DNA of 64,000 bases from Pseudomonadota bacterium (GTDB lineage: Bacteria > Pseudomonadota > Gammaproteobacteria > Steroidobacterales > MnTg04), in NCBI GenBank assembly GCA_022560735.1, contig JADFSO010000008.1, positions 10,691-74,690 on the forward strand, read 5' to 3'. This document shows positions 11,672-27,069 of the stretch, piece after piece; position 1 is the stretch's first letter, and every line of letters begins with the position of its first letter. The notes beneath the pieces are model-generated. The model searched no databases and was not told the DNA's origin. It was given only the letters and a program-made list of their open reading frames with translations. The position numbers were made by a program, and so were the translations under genes.

Positions 11672-12123
11672 TGAGTAACGCAGGTCAAATGGATATCGAA
11701 AAAATCATGGGCTACCTGCCGCACCGGTACCCGTTTCTGATGGTCGATCGGGTGATCAGCTGCGAAGCCGGCAAAAACATCGTGGCCTGTAAGAATGTGA
11801 CCATAAACGAGCCGTTTTTTCAGGGGCATTTCCCGGTCAAGCCGGTGATGCCGGGCGTCATGGTTATCGAGGCGCTGGCCCAGGCGTGCGGATTGCTGGC
11901 ATTTGTCACCGCCAACGTCACCCCGTCGGATGACAACATTTTCTATTTCGTCGGTATCGACAAGGCGCGTTTTCGCGCACCGGTCGTGCCCGGCGATCAA
12001 CTCGTTTTGAATGTTGAACTGGTTCGAAAAATACGCACCATCTGGAAATTTTCAGGGCGCGCCGAGGTCGATGGAAAATTGGTGGCCAGCGCCGAGCTGA
12101 TGTGTGCGCCCGGAATTGCCTGA
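11671..12123 (+). CDS. fabZ: 3-hydroxyacyl-ACP dehydratase
   Basis: [30 protein letters not shown]. Confidence 0.97.
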   Translation: MSNAGQMDIEKIMGYLPHRYPFLMVDRVISCEAGKNIVACKNVTINEPFFQGHFPVKPVMPGVMVIEALAQACGLLAFVTANVTPSDDNIFYFVGIDKARFRAPVVPGDQLVLNVELVRKIRTIWKFSGRAEVDGKLVASAELMCAPGIA

Positions 12124-12125
12124 CA

Positions 12126-12896
12126 GTGATCCACGAGACCGCCATCATTTCGTCATCGGCGCGCCTTGCGGACGATGTCGAGGTGGGTCCGTACGCGGTT
12201 ATCGACGGCGATGTCGAGATTGGCGCGGGCACGACGATTGGGCCGCATACGGTGATCAAGGGCGAAACGAAGATCGGCAGCAACAACCGGATCTACCAGT
12301 TCGCATCCATCGGTGAGATTCCACAGGACAAAAAGTATGGCGGCGAGGCAACGCGGCTGGAAATAGGCGATGGCAACACCATTCGCGAGTTCTGTACGAT
12401 CAACCGGGGCACGGCACAGCAACAGGGTCTGACCCGAATCGGCAATGACAACTGGCTGATGGCTTATGTGCACATTGCGCATGACTGCGTCATCGGCGAC
12501 CACACGATTTTCGCCAATTGCACGACCCTGGGCGGTCACGTGATGGTTGGCGATCACGCGATTTTTGGCGGCTTTTCCGGGGTGCACCAGTTCTGCCATA
12601 TCGGCGAGCACAGCTTCATGGCGATGTACTCGGTAGTCGCCCGGGATATCCCCGCATACCTCATCGTGTCCGGCAATCCGGTGCAACCGCGTGGCATCAA
12701 CAAGGAAGGGCTCAAGCGGCGTGGTTTCGACCGGGATCAGCTGCGCCAGCTACATGCGGCGTATCGGCTGATATATCGTGAGGGATTGAAACTCGCAGAC
12801 GCGATTGCCGAACTCGAGCAACGGCTCGAGGTACAGCCGGTCTTGTTGCCGCTGGTCGAGTCGCTGAAATCCAGCACCCGCGGCATCGCGCGCTGA
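12126..12896 (+). CDS. lpxA: UDP-N-acetylglucosamine acyltransferase
   Basis: IHETAII, IGEIPQDKKY, AYVHIAHDC, VHQFCHIG. GTG start chosen by family length. Confidence 0.96.
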   Translation: MIHETAIISSSARLADDVEVGPYAVIDGDVEIGAGTTIGPHTVIKGETKIGSNNRIYQFASIGEIPQDKKYGGEATRLEIGDGNTIREFCTINRGTAQQQGLTRIGNDNWLMAYVHIAHDCVIGDHTIFANCTTLGGHVMVGDHAIFGGFSGVHQFCHIGEHSFMAMYSVVARDIPAYLIVSGNPVQPRGINKEGLKRRGFDRDQLRQLHAAYRLIYREGLKLADAIAELEQRLEVQPVLLPLVESLKSSTRGIAR

Positions 12897-12901
12897 TAGC
12901 G

Positions 12902-14080
12902 GTGGCATCGATGGCGCAGGAGCCCGGCGTAAAAGTTGCCCTGGTCGCCGGCGAGGCCTCCGGCGACATGCTCGGCGGCAGCCTGTTGCAGGCCTTGCGC
13001 GCCCGCGCACCCGGCCTCTCGGCCATGGGCGTGGCCGGCGAGGAAATGCGGGCTGCCGGTTGCCGGCCGCTGGTTGATGCGAGCGAGTTGGCGGTGATGG
13101 GCCTGGTCGAAGTGATCGCGCATTTACCGCGCCTGCTCAAACTCAGGCGGCAGCTGGCGAGGCAGTTTGCGACCTGGCGGCCGGATGTGTTCGTCGGTAT
13201 CGATGCACCGGAATTCAATCTCGGTCTGGAATCCCGCTTGCGCCGCCAGGGGATCCCGACGGTCCAATATGTCAGCCCATCGGTCTGGGCATGGCGCGGC
13301 GGGCGGGTCAGGAAAATCGCGCGCAGCGCCGACCTGGTGCTTTGCCTGTTGCCATTCGAAAAGCAGTTCTACGACGATCACAACATTCGCGCGGTGTTCG
13401 TGGGTCATCCGCTGGCCGAGCGCATAACGCGGCAGCCGGATACCTCCACGGCCAGGCGGGAACTCGGGCTGGCCGATGACGGGGAGTGGCTCGCGCTGCT
13501 GCCGGGCAGCCGCATTGGCGAGGTGACCAGGCTCGCCAATGATTTTGCCGAAACCATAGCCTGGCTGCGGGAACGCCGGCCGTCCATGCGCTTCGTCGCG
13601 GCGCTGGCGTCCGCCGAATGCGAAACGATTTTTCGCGCAGCGCTCCGGCGCATTACGCCGCCGGTCGGGATACACATGATCCGCGGGCGATCGCATGAGG
13701 TCATGGCAGCGGCCGATGTACTCCTCGTGGCATCGGGAACCGCGACCCTCGAGGCCGCGTTGATCGGTCGCCCGATGGTCGTGACCTACCGGTTGGCGCA
13801 GGCGACGCAGTGGTTGCTGAAGTGGCCGGGCTTGCTGAAAATCGACCGCTTTGCTTTGCCAAACCTGGTTGCCGGCGAGGACCTGGTGCCCGAAATCATC
13901 AACGACGACGTCAGCGTGGAGGCGCTCGGCCAGGCCATACTGCGGGAACTGGATGATACCGGTCGACGGCAATACCTGGACGGTCGTTTTCGGGATATAC
14001 GGCAAATGCTAAAACACAATGCCGCCGAGCGCGCCGCCGCCGCCATACTCGATCTCGCAGCGGGTCGCAGCGGTGAGTAA
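12902..14080 (+). CDS. lpxB: Lipid A disaccharide synthase
   Basis: [39 protein letters not shown]. Alternative start ATG 12911. Confidence 0.96.
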   Translation: MASMAQEPGVKVALVAGEASGDMLGGSLLQALRARAPGLSAMGVAGEEMRAAGCRPLVDASELAVMGLVEVIAHLPRLLKLRRQLARQFATWRPDVFVGIDAPEFNLGLESRLRRQGIPTVQYVSPSVWAWRGGRVRKIARSADLVLCLLPFEKQFYDDHNIRAVFVGHPLAERITRQPDTSTARRELGLADDGEWLALLPGSRIGEVTRLANDFAETIAWLRERRPSMRFVAALASAECETIFRAALRRITPPVGIHMIRGRSHEVMAAADVLLVASGTATLEAALIGRPMVVTYRLAQATQWLLKWPGLLKIDRFALPNLVAGEDLVPEIINDDVSVEALGQAILRELDDTGRRQYLDGRFRDIRQMLKHNAAERAAAAILDLAAGRSGE

Positions 14081-14708
14081 CGGCACGCTACTGATCGCGG
14101 GCATCGACGAGGCCGGCCGCGGCCCGCTGGCAGGTCCGGTGGTTGCCGCGGCGGTGGTGCTGGATCCGGCGCGACCGATTGCAGGGTTGAGGGATTCAAA
14201 GAAATTGTCGGCCGACCGCCGAACCGTGCTGGCTGCGGAAATCAGGAAGTGCGCGCTGAGTTACGCGATCGCCTGGGCCGACGCCGCGGAAATCGATGAG
14301 CTGAATATTCTGCGGGCGACCATGCTGGCGATGCGCCGCGCGACGCTCGGTTTGCATATCCGGCCGGTACACCTGCAGATCGATGGCAATCGCTGCCCGG
14401 AATTCGCCGGCACCGGGCTGGATTGCAGCAGCGAGGCGCTGGTCGGCGGCGATGACCGGGTCCCGGCCATCAGTGCCGCATCCATCCTGGCCAAAGTCGC
14501 GCGCGATGGTTTCATGACGCGCCAGCACCGGATTTATCCGCAATACAATTTCGCCAGCCACAAGGGCTATCCGACCGCCGAGCATCGGCAAGCGCTGGAA
14601 CGCCATGGCGCCTGTCCTTTGCACAGGCTGTCGTTTGCCCCCGTGCGCAGCGTCGCACAGGCGAAAAAAACAGCAACCGACAATGACATTGCCGTGGCCA
14701 GCGGGTAA
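14073..14708 (+). CDS. rnhB: Ribonuclease HII
   Basis: [45 protein letters not shown]. Confidence 0.96.
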   Translation: MSNGTLLIAGIDEAGRGPLAGPVVAAAVVLDPARPIAGLRDSKKLSADRRTVLAAEIRKCALSYAIAWADAAEIDELNILRATMLAMRRATLGLHIRPVHLQIDGNRCPEFAGTGLDCSSEALVGGDDRVPAISAASILAKVARDGFMTRQHRIYPQYNFASHKGYPTAEHRQALERHGACPLHRLSFAPVRSVAQAKKTATDNDIAVASG

Positions 14709-14720
14709 CAATAGAGCCAG

Positions 14721-17700
14721 ATGAACGCCAGTTTCGTACACCTGCATTTGCATACCGAGTATTCCCTGTCCGACAGCGTCGTGCGGGTGAAACCGCTGAT
14801 GGCGGCGATCGCGGATATGGCGATGCCGGCCGTCGCGCTGACCGACCAGTGCAACCTTTTTGCGATGGTGAAATTTTACCGGGCCGCGCTTGCCCGCGGG
14901 ATCAAACCCATCATCGGCGTCGATGTCCTGCTGCGCGATATCGACGAGCCGGCCCGTCCCAGCCGCCTGACGCTGCTGTGTCAGAACCAGGCCGGTTATC
15001 GAAACCTGTCACGCCTGGTGAGCCGCAGTTACCTGGAAGGCCAGTACCGGGGCGTGCCGATGCTGGACCCGCAGTGGCTGAGCAGTGAAAACTGTGCCGG
15101 CCTGATTGCGTTGTCGGGTGGCGTCGATGGGGATATCGGCAGGGCATTGCTGGCGGGTCATACCGATCTGGCGGACCGGCGGCTGGCGGAATGGCGGACA
15201 GTTTTCGGCGATCGTTTTTATCTGGAGATTACCCGGACGGGTCGGGCGGGCGAAGAAGACTATTTGCAACAGGCCGTGCAACTGTCAGCCGAACAGTGTG
15301 CGCCGTTGCTGGCGAGCAACGATGTCCGCTTTATCAGCGCCAGCGAGTTCGGCGCGCACGAAGCAAGGGTTTGCATACACGATGGCCAGGTGCTGACCGA
15401 TCCGGGCCGGCCGCGGCGGTACAGTGAGCAGCAATACCTGCGCAGCGCAGAAGACATGCGGGCGCTTTTTGCCGACTTGCCGGAAGCGCTGGAAAACGGC
15501 GTCGAAATCGCCAAACGCTGTAACCTCGAGTTGCATCTCGGTGGCTGCGATTTGCCTGACTTTCCGATCCCCGAGGGTCAGACCACGGCCGGGTATTTGC
15601 ATGGCGAGTCGGTGGCGGGTTTGCGCCGGCGGCTCGGCCTGGCCGAATCGGGTGCCTTGCCGGATGCGTACCGGCAGCGTCTCGAGCATGAAATAGACGT
15701 CATTTGTGAAATGGGTTTTCCCGGCTATTTCCTGATCGTCGCGGATTTCATTCGTTGGTCCAGGGACAACGATATCCCGGTCGGGCCGGGCCGGGGTTCG
15801 GGCGCCGGCAGCCTGGTCGCCTACGCATTGCGGATTACCGATCTCGATCCGATAGAGCACGAATTGCTGTTCGAAAGATTTCTGAATCCCGAGCGCGTTT
15901 CGATGCCGGATTTCGATATCGATTTTTGCATGGAAGGCCGCGACCGGGTGATCGACTATGTCGCCGGTCGCTATGGCCGGGACCGGGTCTCGCAGATCAT
16001 CACCTATGGAACCCTGGCAGCCAAGGCGGTGGTCCGGGATGTGGGCAGGGTATTGGGTCATCCATACGGTTTTGTCGATCGCATCGCGAAACTGATTCCC
16101 TTCGAAGTGGGCATGACGCTGGAAAGGGCGCTGGGGCAGGAAGACGAGCTGCGCAAGCTGTACGAAAACGATGACGAGGTGCGTAACCTGATCAACCTGG
16201 CGCGCCAGTTGGAAGGCCTGGTGCGCAATGCCGGCACCCACGCGGGGGGCGTGGTTATTGCACCCAGACCGCTGACCGACTACGCACCGCTGTATTGCGA
16301 GGAAGGCGGCGCCAATGTGGTCACCCAGTTCGACAAGGACGATGTCGAAGCCTGCGGGCTGGTCAAGTTCGATTTTCTCGGCCTGCGCACGCTGACCATC
16401 ATCGACCGGGCGGTCAAGATCATCAACGGCCAGCGCCGGGAGTCGGGCGAGCCGCCGCTGGATATAGACGCGATCGACCCGCAGGATGCCGCGACCTTCA
16501 GCTTGCTCAAGAAATGTCAGACCGTGGCTGTATTCCAGCTCGAGTCTCGCGGCATGAAAGACCTGATCAAACGCTTGCAGCCCGATAATTTTGGTGAAAT
16601 CGTGGCTCTGGTTGCCTTGTTCAGACCGGGTCCGCTCCAGTCGGGTATGGTCGATGACTTTATCGATCGCAAGCACGCCGCCGACAAGAGCAAAATCGAC
16701 TATTTCCACCCCGATCTGAAACCGATACTCGAGCCCACCTATGGGGTGATTCTTTACCAGGAACAAGTCATGCAGATCGCGCAGGTGCTGGCCGGTTACA
16801 GCCTGGGTGAAGCCGACCTTTTGCGGCGCGCGATGGGCAAGAAAAAGCCGGAAGAAATGGCCAAGCAACGGGGGATTTTCCTGCGTGGCGCCGACCGGGC
16901 AGGCGTCAATACGGAGCTCGCCACTTTCATATTCGATCTGATGGAGAAATTCGCCGGTTACGGGTTCAACAAGTCCCATTCGGCCGCCTATGCCGTGCTG
17001 GCTTATCGAACCGCCTGGCTGAAAGCGCATTATCCAGCCCCGTTCATGGCCGCGGTGCTGTCGACGGACATGGACAACACCGACAAGGTGGTGACGCTGA
17101 TCGATGAATGCGCAGTCATGGATATCGAAGTCCAGGTTCCCGACATCAACCATTCCGGTTATGCCTTCGTGGTCTCCGGTCCAGGCGCCATTCGCTATGG
17201 CCTGGGCGCGATCAAAGGCGTCGGGCGCAGCGCGCTCGAGGGCCTGATCGCGGAACGATCTTCAGGCGGCGCGTATCGCAGCATCGTCGATCTGTGCCAG
17301 CGGACCGATCTGCAAAAGCTCAACAGGCGCGTCATGGAGGCGCTGATCCGCTCGGGCGCGATGGATAGCCTGGGCGTCGGCCGCGCCGCGCTGCTGGCGC
17401 AATTACCGGCGGCGATGAAGCTCGCCGAACAGGATGCAAAAGCCAGCGCGGCAGGCCAGGACGACATGTTCGGGTTTGGCGGGCCGGGCGGCGCACAAAG
17501 CGACGATCTGCCGGTTCCGCCGAGCGATCGATCCGAGTGGGACCCGCCTGAGCGGGAGCCACCTGAATGGAGCGAGAAAGAGCGGCTGGATGGCGAATTC
17601 GACACCCTGGGCCTTTATCTCACCGGACACCCGATCACGCGCTATGAAAGAGACCTGCCGCAGCTGGCCGGCAACCGGATCGCCGACCTGGGCGATGGCC

Positions 17701-18242
17701 AGCCAGTGGGCAACGGTCGCAATCAATACACCAGCGTGCGCAAGGTCACGGTCGCGGGGGTGGTACTGAAAATCGGCAAGCGCGGCAACCGGGTTACCTT
17801 GCAGCTCGATGATCGCAGCGGGCGCGTGGAAGTCACCTTGTTCGACGAGGCATACCAGAAATTCGGCCATCTCCTGCAGGTCAAGGCCGTGCTGGTGATT
17901 CACGGTAGCCTGCGCTATGACGATTTCAGCAATGGCTGGCAGATTGCCGCCAGGAACATCCAGGACATTGACCAGGCCAGGGAGCAAATGGCGAAAAAGC
18001 TGATCATCGAGTGGCAGGGGCAGCACGACGGGCAACGCTTCGTGCGCGAACTGAAGGGAACGCTGCGACCGTATCTTGACGGGCATTGCGGTGTCTGGGT
18101 GAGATATACCGGTAGCGATGCCAAGGCCTTGCTGGCGCTGGGCGACGACTGGCAGGTCAGACCGACCCGGGAATTGCTCGACAAACTGGACAAACTGGTT
18201 GGCGGCGAACACCTGAAGCTGGTCTATCCGCCACCGCCGTAG
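14721..18242 (+). CDS. dnaE: DNA polymerase III alpha subunit
   Basis: HLHLHTEYSL PHP domain, GPGRGSGAGS, RVSMPDFDIDF, KFAGYGFNKSH, OB fold. 1173 aa, no room for an intein. Confidence 0.98.
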   Translation: MNASFVHLHLHTEYSLSDSVVRVKPLMAAIADMAMPAVALTDQCNLFAMVKFYRAALARGIKPIIGVDVLLRDIDEPARPSRLTLLCQNQAGYRNLSRLVSRSYLEGQYRGVPMLDPQWLSSENCAGLIALSGGVDGDIGRALLAGHTDLADRRLAEWRTVFGDRFYLEITRTGRAGEEDYLQQAVQLSAEQCAPLLASNDVRFISASEFGAHEARVCIHDGQVLTDPGRPRRYSEQQYLRSAEDMRALFADLPEALENGVEIAKRCNLELHLGGCDLPDFPIPEGQTTAGYLHGESVAGLRRRLGLAESGALPDAYRQRLEHEIDVICEMGFPGYFLIVADFIRWSRDNDIPVGPGRGSGAGSLVAYALRITDLDPIEHELLFERFLNPERVSMPDFDIDFCMEGRDRVIDYVAGRYGRDRVSQIITYGTLAAKAVVRDVGRVLGHPYGFVDRIAKLIPFEVGMTLERALGQEDELRKLYENDDEVRNLINLARQLEGLVRNAGTHAGGVVIAPRPLTDYAPLYCEEGGANVVTQFDKDDVEACGLVKFDFLGLRTLTIIDRAVKIINGQRRESGEPPLDIDAIDPQDAATFSLLKKCQTVAVFQLESRGMKDLIKRLQPDNFGEIVALVALFRPGPLQSGMVDDFIDRKHAADKSKIDYFHPDLKPILEPTYGVILYQEQVMQIAQVLAGYSLGEADLLRRAMGKKKPEEMAKQRGIFLRGADRAGVNTELATFIFDLMEKFAGYGFNKSHSAAYAVLAYRTAWLKAHYPAPFMAAVLSTDMDNTDKVVTLIDECAVMDIEVQVPDINHSGYAFVVSGPGAIRYGLGAIKGVGRSALEGLIAERSSGGAYRSIVDLCQRTDLQKLNRRVMEALIRSGAMDSLGVGRAALLAQLPAAMKLAEQDAKASAAGQDDMFGFGGPGGAQSDDLPVPPSDRSEWDPPEREPPEWSEKERLDGEFDTLGLYLTGHPITRYERDLPQLAGNRIADLGDGQPVGNGRNQYTSVRKVTVAGVVLKIGKRGNRVTLQLDDRSGRVEVTLFDEAYQKFGHLLQVKAVLVIHGSLRYDDFSNGWQIAARNIQDIDQAREQMAKKLIIEWQGQHDGQRFVRELKGTLRPYLDGHCGVWVRYTGSDAKALLALGDDWQVRPTRELLDKLDKLVGGEHLKLVYPPPP

Positions 18243-18335
18243 AACTATCCTGGCCAGCATGCGGACCGGCCTGCCGGGCTTGTACGCGATTGGCTGTATC
18301 GGTAATGTGGGCATCTGGTTTTCGCGGTATACGGC

Positions 18336-19301
18336 ATGGATCTGAAATTTCTCGATTTTGAGCAACCCATCGCAGAACTCGAGGCGAAAATCGAAGAGCT
18401 CCGCCATGTCGGCAGCGACGCCGATATCAATATCAGCGAGGAAATAAACCGGCTCGAGGAGAAGAGCCGCTCGCTGACCAAGTCGATTTTTTCTGATTTG
18501 ACCGCCTGGCAGGTAACCCAGCTCGCGCGCCATCCGCAACGGCCGTACACCAACGACTACCTGGCAAAAATATTTACCGATTTCCAGGAATTATCCGGCG
18601 ACCGCATGTATGGGGACGACCCGGCGATCGTCGGCGGTCTGGCGCGGCTGGATGGCCGGTCGGTCATGGTTATTGGCCATCAAAAAGGCCGCGACACCAA
18701 ACAGCGGGTGTATCGCAACTATGGCATGCCCAAACCCGAGGGATATCGCAAGGCCTTGCGCCTGATGCGTATGGCCGAACGATTTTCGCTGCCGATCATT
18801 ACGCTGATCGATACGCCGGGCGCCTACCCGGGCGTCGGCGCGGAAGAGCGCGGGCAAAGCGAGGCGATCGCGCGCAACCTCTATGAAATGGCTGGCCTGC
18901 GCACGCCCATCCTGGCGGTCGTCATCGGCGAAGGGGGCTCCGGCGGCGCGTTGGCCATCGGCGTTTGCGATCGCCTGCTGATGCTCGAATTCAGCATTTA
19001 CTCGGTGATTTCTCCCGAAGGTTGTGCATCGATACTCTGGAAGAGCGCGGACAAGGCGGAAGTCGCCGCGGAAGCCATGGGCATCACCGCGGCCAGGTTG
19101 GCCAAGCTGGACCTGGTCGATGAAATTATCGGCGAACCGCTCGGTGGCGCGCACCGTGATCCCGATGCCATGGTCGAAGCCTTGAAAAATTCGCTGTTGC
19201 ACAACCTCGAAGCGCTCAGCAGTCACAACACGGATGAGTTGCTGGAACAGCGCTATCGGCGGCTGATGAACTTCGGCCTGTACAAAGAAACCGTGGATTA
19301 G
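18336..19301 (+). CDS. accA: Acetyl-CoA carboxylase carboxyltransferase alpha
   Basis: [38 protein letters not shown]. Confidence 0.97.
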   Translation: MDLKFLDFEQPIAELEAKIEELRHVGSDADINISEEINRLEEKSRSLTKSIFSDLTAWQVTQLARHPQRPYTNDYLAKIFTDFQELSGDRMYGDDPAIVGGLARLDGRSVMVIGHQKGRDTKQRVYRNYGMPKPEGYRKALRLMRMAERFSLPIITLIDTPGAYPGVGAEERGQSEAIARNLYEMAGLRTPILAVVIGEGGSGGALAIGVCDRLLMLEFSIYSVISPEGCASILWKSADKAEVAAEAMGITAARLAKLDLVDEIIGEPLGGAHRDPDAMVEALKNSLLHNLEALSSHNTDELLEQRYRRLMNFGLYKETVD

Positions 19302-19307
19302 CCAACC

Positions 19308-23306
<3,999 letters not shown>

Positions 23307-23334
23307 TCCAGCCAGGTAACGTGAGAGATCCTGA

Positions 23335-24624
<1,290 letters not shown>

Positions 24625-24641
24625 CCCGCAGGCTCAGACTT

Positions 24642-24971
24642 ATGCGCTATCTTTTGTTGCTCCTGCTTGGCTTGTTTTTGTTGCTGCAGTATCGCCTGTG
24701 GATCAGCGACGAGGGCATGCAGGAGATGTGGCGCTTGCGCGAACTGCTAGAGGAACAGTCCGCGCGCAACATCGAGCTGGAACAGCGCAATGCCGTGCTG
24801 GAAGCGGAAGTGCGCGATCTTCGGCAAGGCAAGGACGCGGTCGAGGAACGGGCGCGCAGCGATCTTGGCATGATTCGCGATCAGGAAACTTTTTTTCAGA
24901 TCGTCGGCGATGAATACCCGGGCGCAGAGCCTGCGCCGGACGATGCGGATGCGGCGGAGCAAACACCATGA
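24642..24971 (+). CDS. ftsB: Cell division protein FtsB
   Basis: TM segment then LQYRLW, coiled coil, EERARSDLGMI..ETFFQ; eno-ftsB-ispD synteny. Confidence 0.93.
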   Translation: MRYLLLLLLGLFLLLQYRLWISDEGMQEMWRLRELLEEQSARNIELEQRNAVLEAEVRDLRQGKDAVEERARSDLGMIRDQETFFQIVGDEYPGAEPAPDDADAAEQTP

Positions 24972-25681
24972 GCGAGCCACGTTTCTGGCTGGTGGTGGCG
25001 GCGGCCGGGACCAGCCGGCGATTCGGTGCAGAGCTGCCCAAGCAATACCAGGAGATCGGCGGCCGCTGCATGCTTGCGCATGCGCTGCAGGCCTTTGCCG
25101 ATTGGGGCAAAATTGCCGGCACCGTGCTGGCGATCGATGCTGGCGATCGCTGGTTTGCCGGCATCGGCGAACAACTGCCGTTGCCGGTCAGCACCGTGGC
25201 CGGCGGCGCCGACAGAATGCATTCCGTGATCAATGCCGTCCGGTCGTTGCAAGGTGAGGCTGGCGAGCATGACTGGGTGCTGGTCCACGATGCGGCGAGA
25301 CCGTGCCTTCGCGTGGACGATCTGCACAGGCTGATCGAATCGACCGGGGCCGATAGCGTGGGGGGGCTGTTGGCGACGCGGGTCACCGACGCGTTGAAAA
25401 AGGCGCATGACGACAACGGTCAGGCGCGGATAGTCTCGACGATGGACCGCGATGGTTTGTGGCAGGCGATGACCCCGCAGGTTTTCCCGTATGGCCTGCT
25501 CAGGCCGGCGCTGGAAAACGCGCAGAAAGTGGGTAAGGCGCTGGCTGACGAAGCCGCCGCGATGGAGTTGGCCGGTCATCGGCCATTGCTGGTCGAAGGG
25601 CGCCGCGACAATATCAAGGTGACCCGGCCCGCGGACCTGGCATTGGCAGAGGCCATACTGGCCGGACACAGGAGGGATTGA
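24968..25681 (+). CDS. ispD: 2-C-methyl-D-erythritol 4-phosphate cytidylyltransferase
   Basis: AAAGTSRRFG..PKQY, LVHDAARP, MTPQVF, NIKVTRPADL. Confidence 0.95.
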   Translation: MSEPRFWLVVAAAGTSRRFGAELPKQYQEIGGRCMLAHALQAFADWGKIAGTVLAIDAGDRWFAGIGEQLPLPVSTVAGGADRMHSVINAVRSLQGEAGEHDWVLVHDAARPCLRVDDLHRLIESTGADSVGGLLATRVTDALKKAHDDNGQARIVSTMDRDGLWQAMTPQVFPYGLLRPALENAQKVGKALADEAAAMELAGHRPLLVEGRRDNIKVTRPADLALAEAILAGHRRD

Positions 25682-26178
25682 TGCGTATCGGTCATGGTTA
25701 TGATTTACACCGCTTCGGCGCTGCCGGGACGGCGGTTAGCATTCGATTAGCGGGTGTAGAAATACCGCATAATCAACAAGTTATAGCGCATTCCGATGGT
25801 GATGTCTTAATACATGCATTGTGCGATGCTTTGCTCGGTGCGATGTCCCAGGGGGATATCGGTCAGCATTTTTCGGACCAGTCCGAACACTGGCGGGATG
25901 CCGTGAGCCGGGAGTTTCTGCGCCTGATCGCGGAACTCATGGGCCACCAGGGTTATCAATTGGAAAATGCCGATCTGACATTGATCTGCGAGGCGCCGCG
26001 CATAGGTCCCTACCGCAAGAGAATGTGCGAGCGCATCGCCGAGGACCTGGGGGTCACGGTCGACCTGATCAATGTCAAGGCGACGACCGCGGAAGGGGTC
26101 GGCGCGGTCGGGCGGGGCGAGGCCATGGCGGCGCACGCGGTCGTGCTGTTGCGCAGAAAAACCGATGCCGCGAGCTGA
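25681..26178 (+). CDS. ispF: 2-C-methyl-D-erythritol 2,4-cyclodiphosphate synthase
   Basis: MRIGHGYDLH, HSDGDVLIHALCDALLG, INVKATTAE. Confidence 0.96.
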   Translation: MRIGHGYDLHRFGAAGTAVSIRLAGVEIPHNQQVIAHSDGDVLIHALCDALLGAMSQGDIGQHFSDQSEHWRDAVSREFLRLIAELMGHQGYQLENADLTLICEAPRIGPYRKRMCERIAEDLGVTVDLINVKATTAEGVGAVGRGEAMAAHAVVLLRRKTDAAS

Positions 26179-26297
26179 TCATTCGGCGATAATTATTGCT
26201 GCGGCGGGGCGCGTTGGCGATCGCCTCGTTGCGCGAGTGCGCGGTTTTCCGCGATGCGCAGGTATCGCCCGGCGGCGAGTGATGACAGGAGCTAAAG

Positions 26298-27056
26298 ATG
26301 CTGGAACAGATTGAGCACGACGATATTCGGGAAATCCGCCTGGCGCGGCCGCCGGTCAATGCGATCGATGCGCCGATGATGCTGGCGATTCACGCCGCGC
26401 TGCAGAAAGCAGCCGATGACGAGGTGTCGGGAGTCGTACTGTCCGGGCGTCCGGGCTTGTTTTCGGCGGGGCTCGACATTCCATCCCTGTTGCAGCTGGA
26501 GCGGGACGAGATCGCGGAATTCTGGCGGAGTTTTTTTCGCGTTCTGCAAACGCTGGCGGCTTTTCCGGCACCGGTTTTTGCGGCGATCGGCGGCCACAAC
26601 CCGGCGGGTGGTACGGTATTAGCGATTTTCTGCGACCGGCGCATCGCCGCCAGGGGCGATTTTCGCATGGGGCTCAATGAGGTGGCGGTCGGGCTGGCCC
26701 TGCCGCGGTTGATTTTTTATGCCTATCGTTTGCTGCTCGGTCAGCGGGAGGCGGAAAGGCTGGCGGTGGTCGGCGAAATGATCAGCTCCGCCGATGCGCT
26801 CGCCTGCGGGCTGGTCGATGAGCTCGTCGAACCCGACGACGTGGTGACGACCGCGCTCGACAGGTTGCGCGGGGTGCTCGGTGTACCCAGGCGCGCGATG
26901 CTGGTCACTCGCCGGATCGCCCGGCAGCCGTTGATGGATATTTTCGATCAGCTGGACGAGGGCATGGTCGAGGCGATCACCGATGGCTGGTTCAGCGAGG
27001 AAACCCAGGCGGTCCTTGGTCAGCTGGTCGAGTCGCTGGCCAGTAAAAAAGCGTAG
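26298..27056 (+). CDS. Crotonase-family enoyl-CoA isomerase/hydratase (ECI1-like delta3-delta2 isomerase type)
   Basis: RPPVNAID, FSAGLD, GHNPAGGTVLAIFCDRRI, MGLNEVAVGL; AGGAG RBS. Subfamily assignment from recalled motif similarity. Confidence 0.85.
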   Translation: MLEQIEHDDIREIRLARPPVNAIDAPMMLAIHAALQKAADDEVSGVVLSGRPGLFSAGLDIPSLLQLERDEIAEFWRSFFRVLQTLAAFPAPVFAAIGGHNPAGGTVLAIFCDRRIAARGDFRMGLNEVAVGLALPRLIFYAYRLLLGQREAERLAVVGEMISSADALACGLVDELVEPDDVVTTALDRLRGVLGVPRRAMLVTRRIARQPLMDIFDQLDEGMVEAITDGWFSEETQAVLGQLVESLASKKA

Positions 27057-27069
27057 GCTGCGGTCGCGT

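Noticed and set aside
15285-17153. Long antisense ORFs (e.g. 15285-17153, 46347-48164, 59516-61492, 52414-53841, 39456-40610)
   Set aside because: These are shadow ORFs opposite well-conserved genes, expected from GC-rich codon bias, with no motifs, RBS context or independent signal.
17520-17580. EWDPPE-REPPEW micro-duplication in DnaE, or a possible intein
   Set aside because: It is a few residues in a variable linker, the total length of 1173 aa is normal, and there are no splicing motifs.
26179-26297. truD remnant or small ORF between ispF and the isomerase
   Set aside because: No TruD motif is recognisable in any frame; the region is more likely promoter/leader sequence.
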